A stretch of DNA of 64,000 nucleotides from Phyllobates terribilis (Eukaryota), in assembly GCF_046119375.1 (NCBI RefSeq), contig NW_027362946.1, positions 3,534,001 through 3,598,000 of the forward strand, read 5' to 3'. Position 1 is the stretch's first letter. Each line of letters opens with the position of its first letter. Below are positions 1 through 11,115 of this stretch, one piece after another. A model generated the notes under the pieces. It was not told where the DNA came from, did not search any database, and saw only the letters and a program-made list of their open reading frames with translations. Both the position numbers and the translations under genes were made by a program.

Positions 1-1870
1 GAAGTCCTTCATCTTCACTTTTCTCCTTCATCCAGCACAGATCACCATCACTTCTTCCAGCCAGGACTTGTCTTTGAATAAAATAACACAGTTATGTAGA
101 GCATATTCCCCAACTTCTACATTACACAGCTGAATACAGACGTGCACCCACCATTAATATATAATTAGTCATTATGCAACCCACCATTCCAAACATAATT
201 GTAATCCATCCCTGCGCCCCAAATAACTGTAAATAGCCACTTTCCCCACCTAATAAATATGTCAATTAATTAGAGCCTGTACTCTTTCCCAGAATTTATT
301 ACCAGTCACACTCCTGCATCCGCAACACCCCCCACTCTGTACCTCCTGCTCCCCAATTCATTATATTTACATGCACCCTCTGCCCCAATTCATTATTTCC
401 TGCTCTCCCCACCCCCACCCTCTAGTCATCATTTACTCTCCCTCATCCCCCATTCACCATTTGCTTTCCCCACCCCACTCCCAATTCATCATGTGCTTTC
501 CCCACTCCCATTTTTCAATCCACCATTTGCTCTCCCCACCCCTAATTCACCGTTCGCTCTTCCCACCCACCACTCCCAATCCACCATGCGCTCATCCTCC
601 CCCCACTCTCAATCCTCCATGTGCAGCTCACCCCTCCACTCCCAATTCCCCATGTGCAGCTCACCCCCCCCACTGCTAATTCCCCATGTGCAGTTCATTC
701 TCCTCACCACTCCCAACATTCCCCCCACTTCCAACTCATCATTATGTGCAGCTCATCCACCCCCCACTGGCAATTCCCCATCACGTGCAGCTCATCCTCC
801 CCTACTGCCAATTCCCCATCACGTGCAGCTCATCCTACCCACACTGCTAATTCCCCATGTGCAGCTCATCCTCCCCCACTGCCAATTCCCCATGTGCAGC
901 TCATCCTCCCCCACTGATAATTCCCCATGTGCAGCTCATCCTCCCCCACTGCCAATTCCCCATGTGCAGCTCATCCTCCCCCACTGCTAATTCCCCATGT
1001 GCAGCTCATCCTCCCCCACTCCAAATTCCCCATCATGTGCAGCTCATCCTCTCCCCACTCCCAATTCCCCATCACGTGCAGCTCATCCTCCCCCACTGAT
1101 AATTCCACATGTGCAGCTCATCCTTCCCCACTGCCAATTCCCCATGTGCAGCTCATCCTCCTCCCACTCCAAATTCCACATCATGTGCAGCTCATCCTCT
1201 CCCCCCTCCCAATTCCCCATCACGTGCAGCTCATCCTCCCCCCACTGCTAATTCCCCATGTGCAGCTCATCCTCCCCCACTGCCAATTCCCCATGTGCAG
1301 TTCATCCTCCTCCCACTCCAAATTCCCCATGATGTGCAGCTCATCCTCCCCCACTGCTAATTCCCCATGTGCAGCTCATCCTCCCCCACTGTCAATTCCC
1401 CATGTGCAGCTCATCCTCCTCCCACTCCAAATTCCCCACCATGTGCAGCTCATCCTCCCTCCACTCCCAATTCCCCATCATGTGCAGCTCATCCTCCCCC
1501 CACTCCATTTAATTTTTTTTTAAAAAATAAAATTGTCATACTTACCCCACATACGATCCCTGCAGCATCCTGGCGCTCCTGTTGCGACGAGGAGATGCAC
1601 GCCGCCACCGGGTCCTCCTGACTCCTGAAGTATGAAGGAGCTGCTGCAGCGGCGCAGCTTCAGTAAGGAACTCGGTGCCAATATGTGCGCCGTCTAAGGC
1701 GGTGTGCGCCCCAGTGCTCGGCACTTTATTACAGCATGGAGTGCCGTGCATGGAGCGCCGTGAGCATACGCACAAGAGGGGGGCCCTGACTAGACCCGGC
1801 CCCTCTCTGTACTGCTGCTCACGGGGCCCCAAACAGCAGTAAGGGCAGTGATGCCCTGATGGCGGCCCTG
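1..1870. mobile_element. Right part of a non-autonomous hAT-like DNA transposon (full copy at 31571-36147)
   Basis: Ends in cctgatggcggccctg, followed by tctgcagg, the same terminus and flank as 36132-36155. Confidence 0.8.
620..1505. repeat. 35/38-bp minisatellite (ccccatgtgcagctcatcctcccccactgccaatt)
   Basis: Tandem units read directly; they account for the Pro/His/Ser-rich ORFs in all three + frames. Confidence 0.95.
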
Positions 1871-4587
1871 TCTGCAGGTGGAGGTATGTGGAGATTCCCC
1901 ATTATTGTCTCTCAGAATTTGCCATTATTCACACTATGCGTCTATTTTGTGTCTGTTTTTTTTGCATGGTGAAATAAATCATCCCTCTGATTGACCGCTG
2001 GCTGCTGGCAGGAAGGCAGCAGGGAGGCAGCTGACAATCAGTGTGATGTCGTCAGTCACGTCCCATCAAGAAAGCAGAGCCAAAGAGAAGCCGCTGCTCC
2101 GTCTACGTGACTCATTAGAAGCCGCAGAGTCACTGGCAGGAGCAGTCCGTGACCGCTCTGTTCCCGCAGACATTGAGGAAGGGCAGGCAGGCAGTTAGGA
2201 ACTATCTGCCTTTTACTTCTTCTGCCCATAGTTATAAAAATAATATAGTCCTGGATAAACTCTTTAACACACAGATATCATCCGTGGACAGGCTGTTCTT
2301 TTTCGTGGACCTATTCACTTGAATAAGCAAGTTTAGGGCAGGACAAGAAAATATCCCTAAATAATCTACTATGTCCGTGTTCACACCACGAGTGCAGCGT
2401 TCAGGCCAAACCTCCTCCGGTCCTCAAAGCGAAGCTCATTAATGGCCGCCATAAAAATCCACTTCTTCTTCCGGCATCATCCAGGATCAGATCCACAGAT
2501 TACTGCTTTATACCGGAATCAGTGATTGTATTATTACATAGAATTATTGGTGACGTTACATCTTCTCATCTTCTTCTCATTCAGGTCTCTACAATATCGG
2601 ATCCTCTCAGTGAAGATCTTCTATATAAGAGAAGTTTCCTGTCAAAGGTTGATAGGGAGCGAGACAAGATGGCGGAGAGGATATTCCACCTCACCCTAGA
2701 GATCCTCTTCCGGCTTACTGGAGAGGTGAGAGATTCTGATGACGTCACATTACATCATTCTTATCTATGGGAATAACAGATGGACAGAACTGGAGAGGTG
2801 AGGACTCTGGAAATGTCTGGAGGGAGATTTATTAATGTGTCTCTCCATAACCAGGATTACATAGTAGTGAAGAAGACCTCTAGTGAGCGCTGTCAGAACC
2901 CTGTGTCTGAGGGATGGGGAAGACCCCTGAGCCCAATCACAGGGCCTCCACCTCACCCCCTGATACATGAGGACATCAATGACCAAAAGATCCTAGAACT
3001 CGCCTACAAGATGATTGAGCTGCTGACTGGAGAGGTGACACTGCTGGGACATTATACAGTAATGCTATGAAGGGATCTGGGGGATGACGGTATCATTGTA
3101 TGTGTCAGGTTCCTCTAAGGTGTCAGGATGTCGCTGTCTATTTCTCCATGGAGGAGTGGGAGTATTTAGAAGGACACAAAGATCTGTACAAGGACATCAT
3201 GATGGAGGTTCCCCAGCCCCTCACATCACCAGGTAATAGACAGGACTGAATACACACGGCCTATAATTATCTGTATGTAAAGAATGAATTCAGTCCCTGT
3301 ATGTGTTTCCTCCAGATATATCCAGTAAGAGGACAACACCAGAGAGATGTCCCCGTCCTCTTCTTCCACAGGACTGTAAACAAGAAGATCCCAATGTTCC
3401 TCAGGATCATCAGGTAGATGGAGAGAAGGTTTCATGAGATCTCCCCTATGATGTGTAGACGGCTGTGAAAGTCTTGTGTTCAGTCTTGTTTTATCCACCA
3501 GTATTATATGTTTTCTACTTGTGTAGAATGGTGGAGATGGCAGGATTAGAGCTGATCATAGATGGGACTTCTCCATCTGTCTGTGACTTTTACAATATTT
3601 GTTTCAGGGTGAAGATCTGACCCATATTAATACTACAGAGACATATGGGAAGGGGTGATGAGCGGTGTAAAGAGGAGACTCCTACATATGACCACCCAGG
3701 TGAGTAATGACCACTAAATGCAGAGAAGTCACAGATCCTGTGGTCATTATATTATGAGTTTGATCACACAAGTAATTGACGTGCATTTTACTTGCAGATA
3801 GATTTGATGCATAACAAAAAAAGCTTTTCTTTTTTACACCTTTTTTGATTAACGCGTTTTGGTAGCAAAGTTGCATTGGTTAAATGGGATTTTATTTGCT
3901 GCAGAAAGGCGCCATGTCTCCAATTGTAATGTAGTTGTGAGTTGCCAGATTACAGCTGAATGTCAAGAAGAGAGCCGGGTCACACACAGAAGTCAGGCAG
4001 GTGGACTCTAAGCTGGAGAAGCCAAGGTCAATATCTAGCAGCAGTACACGTCCCGGAAGGGCAGTCAAGTGAGAAGCCAAACCATTCTGCGGTCAACAAG
4101 AAGTATGTAGGCAGATCAGAAAAGGGTTTAGAAGTAGGGTCAGGTAATAATCTGGTCAAGGTCCAGTTTTGATTCTCCATTGAACATTTCACTAGAAAAG
4201 ATCAGTGACAATACACACAAAGGAAATAAACGTGTCTATAACAAAACAGGTGTAATTGCAATAATGTTCTAGGAGAAATACTTCATTTTCTGGAACAATT
4301 TTAAGGGCGTCAACTATTTCAACCATGACTGTGTATAGAGAAATGTGAGACAATATAGAGATTAAAAATACAATTTATTAGATCGGAGTTGAAAACACAT
4401 AAAAATACAAAAAGCCATTTAAGAGGGATAAATGTAATCACAAAAAACAATGGAATGAGGCATCTGAATGAGTCCTGGATAAGTCCTAAGCATACAGCCT
4501 TGAAGGGGTATTCCCATCTCCAAAATCCTATCCCAAAATATAGTAGGTGTGATAATAATAATAGAAAATACCTCCAATTAGAAATGT

Positions 4588-4957
4588 ACTCCGAGTGTCC
4601 TGGGATCACCACGCTGACGTACCGACCCCCATCCCCTTACAGCAGAAGCACAAGGTGGCAGAGATAACATTCGTGACTGTTCCGCACACCGGATTGTTAT
4701 TGTCGGGGAAGTTCCGAATTCGGACCTCGGCCCCCATCAGTCTCCAGGTTGGTGTGGGTGCACAAGTCACTATTGAAGTCGGTGTCTTTGTTCTCATCGA
4801 TGGCATTCTTAGCCAATATGCTCCTGGTGGCATACGGATAGTCCGACACCTGGGAGGCCACTCTGGTCCTTGCTATGTTTGTGGCTGCAGGTGCAGGAGC
4901 AAATCCCAGAGCCAGAACCACAGATCCCAGTAGAATCAGAGAAGATACAAGATTCAT
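4588..4957 (-). pseudogene. Inverted, internally deleted F-type lectin copy
   Basis: ATG at 4957 gives [19 protein letters not shown]...[12 protein letters not shown]...CTHT. An 89-bp deletion (equivalent to 5296-5384) removes WWKLDL and the RxD motif and shifts the frame. The copy is 3'-truncated at 4588. Confidence 0.9.
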
Positions 4958-5079
4958 CCAGATTGTGCAGGAGCAGCTCCTGTGAGTACAGACTGCAGGG
5001 AATAGTCACTGATTACCAGGGAACCAGCATTTATCAGATGTGGAGATTACACAGGACCTTCACTTACATCTCCTGCAGG

Positions 5080-5583
5080 ATGAATCTTGTATCTTCTCTG
5101 ATTCTACTGGGATCTGTGGTTCTGGCTCTGGGATGTGCTCCTGCACCTGGAGCCACAAATATAGCAAGGACCAGAGTGGCCTCCCAGGTGTCGGACTATC
5201 CGTATGCCACCAGGAGGATATTGGCTAAGAATGCCATCGATGGGAACAAAGACACCGACTTCAATAGTGACTTCTGCACCCACACCAACCTGGAGAAGGA
5301 TCCCTGGTGGAAGCTGGACCTGGGCCAGAGCTACAAGATATCCAGCGTCGCCATAACCAACAGGATTGACTGTGGTCTGGAGCGACTGATGGGGGCCGAG
5401 GTCCGAATCGGGAACTCCCCCGACAATAACATTCCAGTGTGCGGCACAGTCACGAATGTGGTCTCTGCCACCTTGTAGCGACCCTCCATCCCCTTACAGC
5501 AGAAGGACGTCAGCGTGGTGATCCCATGACACTCGGAGTACCTGTCGATGTATGAGGTCGAGGTTTATTCAGACTCCAATTAG
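5080..5583 (+). pseudogene. F-type lectin (fucolectin-like) copy with signal peptide, broken by a 30-bp micro-inversion
   Basis: Signal-like N-terminus, AIDGN and H-x26-R-x-D-x4-R motifs are present. 5477-5506 is the reverse complement of the B-copy sequence and creates TAG at 5476-5478. The remaining [14 protein letters not shown]-type tail runs to TAG at 5581-5583. Confidence 0.92.
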
Positions 5584-8235
5584 AAATGTGGTATAGTTCT
5601 CCTGATTCTTTGTCACTTACCCCATGTGCAGAGCATTTCAGTAGCTTAGGTATCCATAGTTATGACCACTAGCAACTAACTTGCAATGCCCTGAACATGG
5701 GGTAAGCAACATAGCGAATCAGAAGAACTATACATTTCTAATTGGAGATATTTGCTAATCTTATTTTTATTACACCTACTACATATTGGGATAGTTTCTC
5801 GGAGATGGGAATACCCCATCTTACATGTTTTGGCGTGTATTTTTATCTGTAGATTGTAATGTAATAAACCTTATTTTTAATCCTCCCTTTATTGTCTCAA
5901 ACGTTTCTGCCTGTATGTATTATGTTTGTCGATGTTTGTATATTAGGGGTTGAGTACCATGGGATTTGTGAACAGGTGGCTCACCACTGTCATAGGTCAT
6001 AGTTTCATTATACTTTGATTTGTAAAGAATTATGTATAGAGAAATGTTATAAAATATAAGGCATTGATATTAAAAAATAATAAAATCAGATTTATTCTTG
6101 GCAGATGACTGTGGTGTCAAACCAGATACCTATGAAAAGCGTGCCATTATTCCAGCTATACCTCCAGCCCTTCAGAGCAGAAATCAATCATCTGAGCCTT
6201 TTCAATCCGTCATCTACTTGGATTCATCACAGACTGTTAAGCAAAATGAAAGCCAGAGAAGGGATGTCGAACATCAAATAATTCCCACAGGGAAGAAACC
6301 ATTTTCCTGTTCAGAATGTGAGAAATGTTTTAAAACTAAATATAAATTGCTTACACATCAGAGAAGTCACACAGGAGAAAAGCCGTTTTCATGTTCAGAA
6401 TGTGGGAAATGTTTCAGCGATAAGTCATATTTGCTTAAACATTACAGAAGTCATACAGGAGAGAAGCCATATTCATGTTCAGAATGTGGGAAATGTTTTA
6501 TCCAGAAACGAGATCTTCATAAACATCAACAATTTCACATAGGAGAGAAGCCATATTCATGTTCAGAATGTGGGAAATGTTTTATCCAGAAACGAGATCT
6601 TCATAAACATCAACAATTTCACATAGGAGAGAAGCCATATTCATGTTCAGAATGTGGGAAATGTTTTATCCAGAAACCAGATCTTCATAAACATCAAAGA
6701 ATTCACACTGGAGAAAAGCCATATTCATGTCAAGAATGTGGGAAATGTTTTGAACATAAATCTAAATTGCTTATGCATCAAAAAAGTCACACAGGAGAAA
6801 AGCCATTTTCATGTTCAGAATGTGCGAAATGTTTCAGCAATAAGTCAGATTTGCTTAAACATTACAGAAGTCATACAGGAGAGAAGCCATATTCATGTTC
6901 AGAATGTGGGAAATGTTTCACCCAGGGTTCATGTTTAATACAGCATATACAGTTACACAAAATAAAAAGGGATTAATAGAAGGACTTACTAGACCGATCG
7001 CAGAGACGATTCAGTTTAGCTGGAGGGAAGCACTCAAACGAACCGTTATGGAACAGGACCCCCGCTTACACAAATATGTATAACCCAGCATGAGTATAGA
7101 TCAATATTCGGCCTGATCTTTTATGCCGACGGGGGCGCTGCCCACACACTCCCCTGTGATGACCTCACGTGGGCTGGTCTCCACCCTTCTTGGTTTTATT
7201 CAATCTCTAATTTTCTGCGATAACTCCTCACTGGTTGATCGCAGAAGTTAGCAAGTGATGCCATCTTTTTTATTGCAAATTTACCTGTGATGGATCAACC
7301 CCGTACTCCAAGATTTTGCCACATGGGGGTTGTCGTAGCGCCTATGCAGCTAATGGGACATAATGTTACAAAGTGGGGCGAATATTGTGGATCACATATT
7401 GTTGGACATTTTGTGATGTGACCAAAGCACTCCTGGCCCCCACCTTCCTGTGCTCACTTAGCAGGGGCAAACAGACAATGTGCTGATTAATGGGTTGTTG
7501 CCTAACTGCTGTCTGGGAGCCTACTGTGGGTATTATCTGGTGAGAACAATGGGTGCTAAAAATAGCCTGTGTGATTCTCTATAAAACCTGCTTGTAAGAA
7601 TAAAAGTTTTAGTCCATCTTGGAGACACACTGCGATAGTCATATTTTATATATCCCAGTGTAAGAAAAGCCTTTCCATGTCAGGGGCCGGCAGAAGAAGA
7701 TTGGACATCTGCGGATGGGGTAACTAGCTCCCGTCACACTACCTTTACTTAGAGACCACACATTACATGACTGCTGTCTGTTATTTTCATTTTCAGAAAG
7801 GCTCTAACTTGCTTCTTTAAGAGTGGTCTTGGCCAGTTTTGGATTGCATCTACTTTACTGATCTGGGGTTTGATCTCGCCTCTACCTACTACATATCCTA
7901 GTTATTTGGCCTCTTTATTTCCCATGGCAAAATGTTTTCAGATTTATAGAAAACCCTGCCTTCCTGAGAGGATCAAACACCGACCGGACCTTTTGCAGGT
8001 GACATCTCCAATCTGGGCTGAAGATTACGATATATAAAGTATGATGCAGTGTAATTCTTACGGATTGCGAGGATCCAGCCCATGGCACTCTGGAAGGTGG
8101 CCAGGGCTCCCTGCAGACAAAACAGCATCCGGACATATTGGAAACATCCGTTGGGCATAGAGAAGGCAGTCTTCTCCTTGGCTTCTTGTGACATAGGGAT
8201 TTGCCAATATTTCTTAGTTAAATCCAAGGTGGTTA

Positions 8236-9596
8236 TGTGGCGCCCCTGAGAGTTCAGTCGCCACAGAGGTACTGCACTTCATGGAACGAGGTGTGGTATC
8301 TCCTCTCCGAGGTAAGGATGGAGCACCACACAGGGCCCCACCACACATCCAACACTACACACTCCCATTCTGAAGGGGGTTTAGAGCACAATGTGGTACC
8401 CCAGTCCTGAATGGAGGAGTAAGGGCGGGACCAAAAGTAGGGGGAACCTTGTAGTGAGTAGGGTGGATGAAGCACTTTACGGTTATACTAATACATCCAT
8501 ATAAATATGGATGCCATCTTTAATACCGGGTCTTTTGTCGCAGTTCCCTGGAGGTGACAGTTAGTACAAGCTGCAGCTGCCTCAGGAGGCTGTGATTCCC
8601 GGTCTCAGGCCTTGAGATTGGGGGCTGGGGCAGAGTTGAGTTACAGCTGGCTGTGTCCTATGTCTTAGTCCACACCAGAAGGCCTAGGAGGGGAGCAGAG
8701 GAGAAGAGCTCCACAGGCGAAAGGATCTCAGGGGATGTGGACGGAGCAGAGTTGCCACCTGCTACCCTTATTCTGGCCCCGCCAGAGAGACTCCTGCCGC
8801 AAGAGGGGGTACCGGTCCCCGATTATCTGACTTTGTACTCCAAGTCTCTGTCAGAAAAGTCCGAAGGCTGAAGTGGATCCCAGGGGGAATATGGATGGAG
8901 CGGAGTCGCCACCTGTATCCCCTTAATCTGCGTCTATCCAGAGGGACCCCAGCCTTATGCCACGTTTACACCCCAGTCACCAATAAGGGACCTAGGCGGT
9001 CCGGGGGCTACAAGCCACCTTCAGCGGACATTGCGGTACCCGTACGGGACTTAGTAGGGGCACGAGGCGGTTCTAGTACAGCAAGTGAGAGGAACACACT
9101 GGTGGAGGGGTTTTGTCTGGTGCACCCGAGCTACCCGGAGTGAGCTGAACCCCATCCTGGTGGCCGCAGCGCGCCGTGAGGAACAAAGAGAAGCTTTGTG
9201 GCTGAAAACAAGTCTACCGTGAGTAAAACCTGGATGACTTCATACACCGCCTCTTCTCTCTCATTTCTGCGCGGCACCGCACCCACCATTCCTCTGCACT
9301 GCACTTCTTCTACTCTGCCCTGAGGCCTGGCTCCACCTGCGGGGAGCTATTCCATCCCAAGCTGCTAGAACACCGGCCTCAGAGGACTGGCGCAGCGCTG
9401 GTGGTCCTCAGCAGAAACCACAGGTGGCGTAGCCGACAAATAACCACTCATCCACTACCCCATATTTTTAATGTGTGCGCCCTGGCCACGGACTGAGCCA
9501 AGGCCACCACTGCATCCCCCTCTACCACCGGCCCGCAGTCCGAGTACACCTTTCCCAGGGAGGGCTAACGCTACCTGAGTAGTAGTGGGTCACAAA
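8236..9596. mobile_element. Solo-LTR-like element inserted in the Gmr1 RT
   Basis: Starts tgtggcgcccc and ends near gggtcaca. Flanked by GTTA at 8232-8235 and 9597-9600. The RT frame (YITTLDLTK) is split exactly here. Its left end is near reverse-complementary to the right end of 54395-55612. Confidence 0.8.
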
Positions 9597-10077
9597 GTTA
9601 TATACTTTGCCAGCCCACGTCTCGCGATCAGGTCATCGACACACGGCATCTGATATGCGTTGAACTTGGACTTCATTCAGCTTCCTATAATCGTTACAGA
9701 ACCTCCATTCGCCATCAGGTTTTGGAACCAGGACAATAGGGCTACACCACCCTCTCTGATTCCTCAAATACTCAGAGATTCCTTGGAGAATAGCTCTCGC
9801 CAGGCCTCAGGAATTAGATAGGGCTTCAAGTTCACCCGCACATGGGATTAAATCAGAACCTCACGTTCTATGACCTTTGTACAAAATAGCAAATCTAAGA
9901 ACAGGTCCCTGTTCTGCTGCAACAACTCCCACACTGCTATTTTTGAGCTTTCAACGGCATCTTTGCTATTATGACTCTTTCAACATCTGCTTCAGGCTTG
10001 TCCAGAAAACACGGAGCTTCAACTGGCTCCCTATCTTGCCACATATGTACACTTTGTACAGTTTTAGTCTTCTTGGT

Positions 10078-11115
10078 TATTATTATTAATTAATATAGCG
10101 CCATTAATTCCATGGCGCTTTACATGTGAAAAAGGGGTATACATAGCAGAAAACAAGCACAATAGTTTAAACAAAAACAAGTCACCGACTGGCACAGGAG
10201 GCGAGAGGACACTGCCCGTGAGGGCTCACAGTGTAGAAGGGGGGGTGAGGATACCGTAGGTGAGGGTACAGCTGGTCATGCAGTGATGGTTACTGCAGGT
10301 TGTAGGCTTGTCGGAAGAGGTCGGTCTTCAGGTTCCTTTTGAAGGTTTCCACGGTAGGCGCGAGTCTGTCGTGTTGGAGTAGAGAGTTCCAGAGTAGGGG
10401 GGATGCATGGGAGAAATCTTGTATGCAATTGTGGGAAGAGGAGAAAGGAGCAGAGTAGAGAAGGTGGTCCTGTGAGGATCGAAGGTTGCATGCAAGTAGG
10501 TACCGGGAGACTAGATCATAGATATATAGAGGAGACAGGCTATGGATGGTTTTGTATGCCAAGGTTAGGGTCTTGAACTTGAGTCTCTGGGCAATGGGGA
10601 GCCAGTGCAGGGATTGGCAGCGGGAAGAGACAGGAGAATAGCGGGGGGACAGGTGCATTAGTTGGGCAGCAGGGTTTAGGATAGATTGCAGGGGTGCGAG
10701 AGTGTTAGAAGAGAGACCACAGAGCAGGAGGTTGCAGTAGTCGAGGAGAGAGATGATGAGGGCACGCACTAGTGTTTTTGCAGATTCATGGTTGAGGAAT
10801 GTGCGGATCCGGGAAATATTTTTGAATTGGAGTCGGCATGAAGTGGAAAGGCCTTGGATATGAGGTTTGAAGGAGAGATTAGAGTCAAGTGCTACCCAGA
10901 GGCAGCGAGACTGGGGAGAGTGGGGAGAGTGGGTGGCCATTGACTTTGATAGATAGGTCAGGAGGGGGGTTGAGTGAGATGGTGGAAATATGATGAATTT
11001 GGTTTTATCCATATTAAGTTTTAGGAATCTAGCAGAGAAGAAAGATGAAATAGCAGACAGACATTGTGGTATTCTGGTTAGTAAGGAGTTGATATTGAGT
11101 ACAGAGAGGTAGATC
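10078..11115 (-). mobile_element. L2/CR1-clade LINE, 5'-truncated 3' end
   Basis: ORF 11012-10290 has L2 RT C-terminal motifs (LDYCN, LHWLP, FKRNLKTDLF) and is followed by a (TAA)n tail at 10078-10090. Confidence 0.88.

Larger units (their letters stand above)
4504..5818. mobile_element. TTAA-type (T2/Kolobok-like) MITE interrupted by a 986-bp lectin insertion
   Basis: Long imperfect inverted arms: aggggtattcccatct...ctccaattagaaatgt and acatttctaattggag...agatgggaatacccc. The left flank is ttga. Confidence 0.75.
2669..6976 (+). pseudogene. KRAB-like C2H2 zinc-finger gene A1, frameshifted. Exons 2669-2725, 2855-3034, 3109-3232, 3316-3413, 3608-3699, 6105-6976 (8 fingers)
   Basis: All introns are GT-AG. 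Exon 3 encodes the KRAB-A-like [33 protein letters not shown]. Exon 5 is 92 nt versus 91 nt in B1 and B2, giving TGA at 3656-3658. The last exon has 8 CxxC..HxxxH fingers with TGEKP-type linkers. Confidence 0.9.

Noticed and set aside
371-1621. Pro/His/Ser-rich ORFs (also 34435-35808)
   Set aside because: Translations of the 35/38-bp minisatellite inside a non-autonomous transposon.
2522-3498. Unspliced ORFs over the ZNF 5' exons, and antisense ORFs such as 3226-3498, 20433-20744 and 50059-50331
   Set aside because: They are exon-plus-intron read-through or antisense shadows; the spliced model explains the conserved parts.
4870-5079. N-terminal extension of the 202-aa ORF 4870-5478
   Set aside because: It reads through the antisense lectin arm and spacer from a non-ATG start. 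The homologous start is ATG 5080.
3699-5080. In-frame KRAB-lectin fusion by splicing A1 exon 5 (phase 2 after the +1 insertion) to the acceptor at 5078
   Set aside because: The phases would match, but the shifted frame stops at TGA 3656-3658 before the donor. The acceptor is deleted in copy B.
6318-6938. Alternative-frame ORFs over the finger exons (also 40150-41106)
   Set aside because: Typical shadow frames of repetitive C2H2 codons, with no independent evidence.
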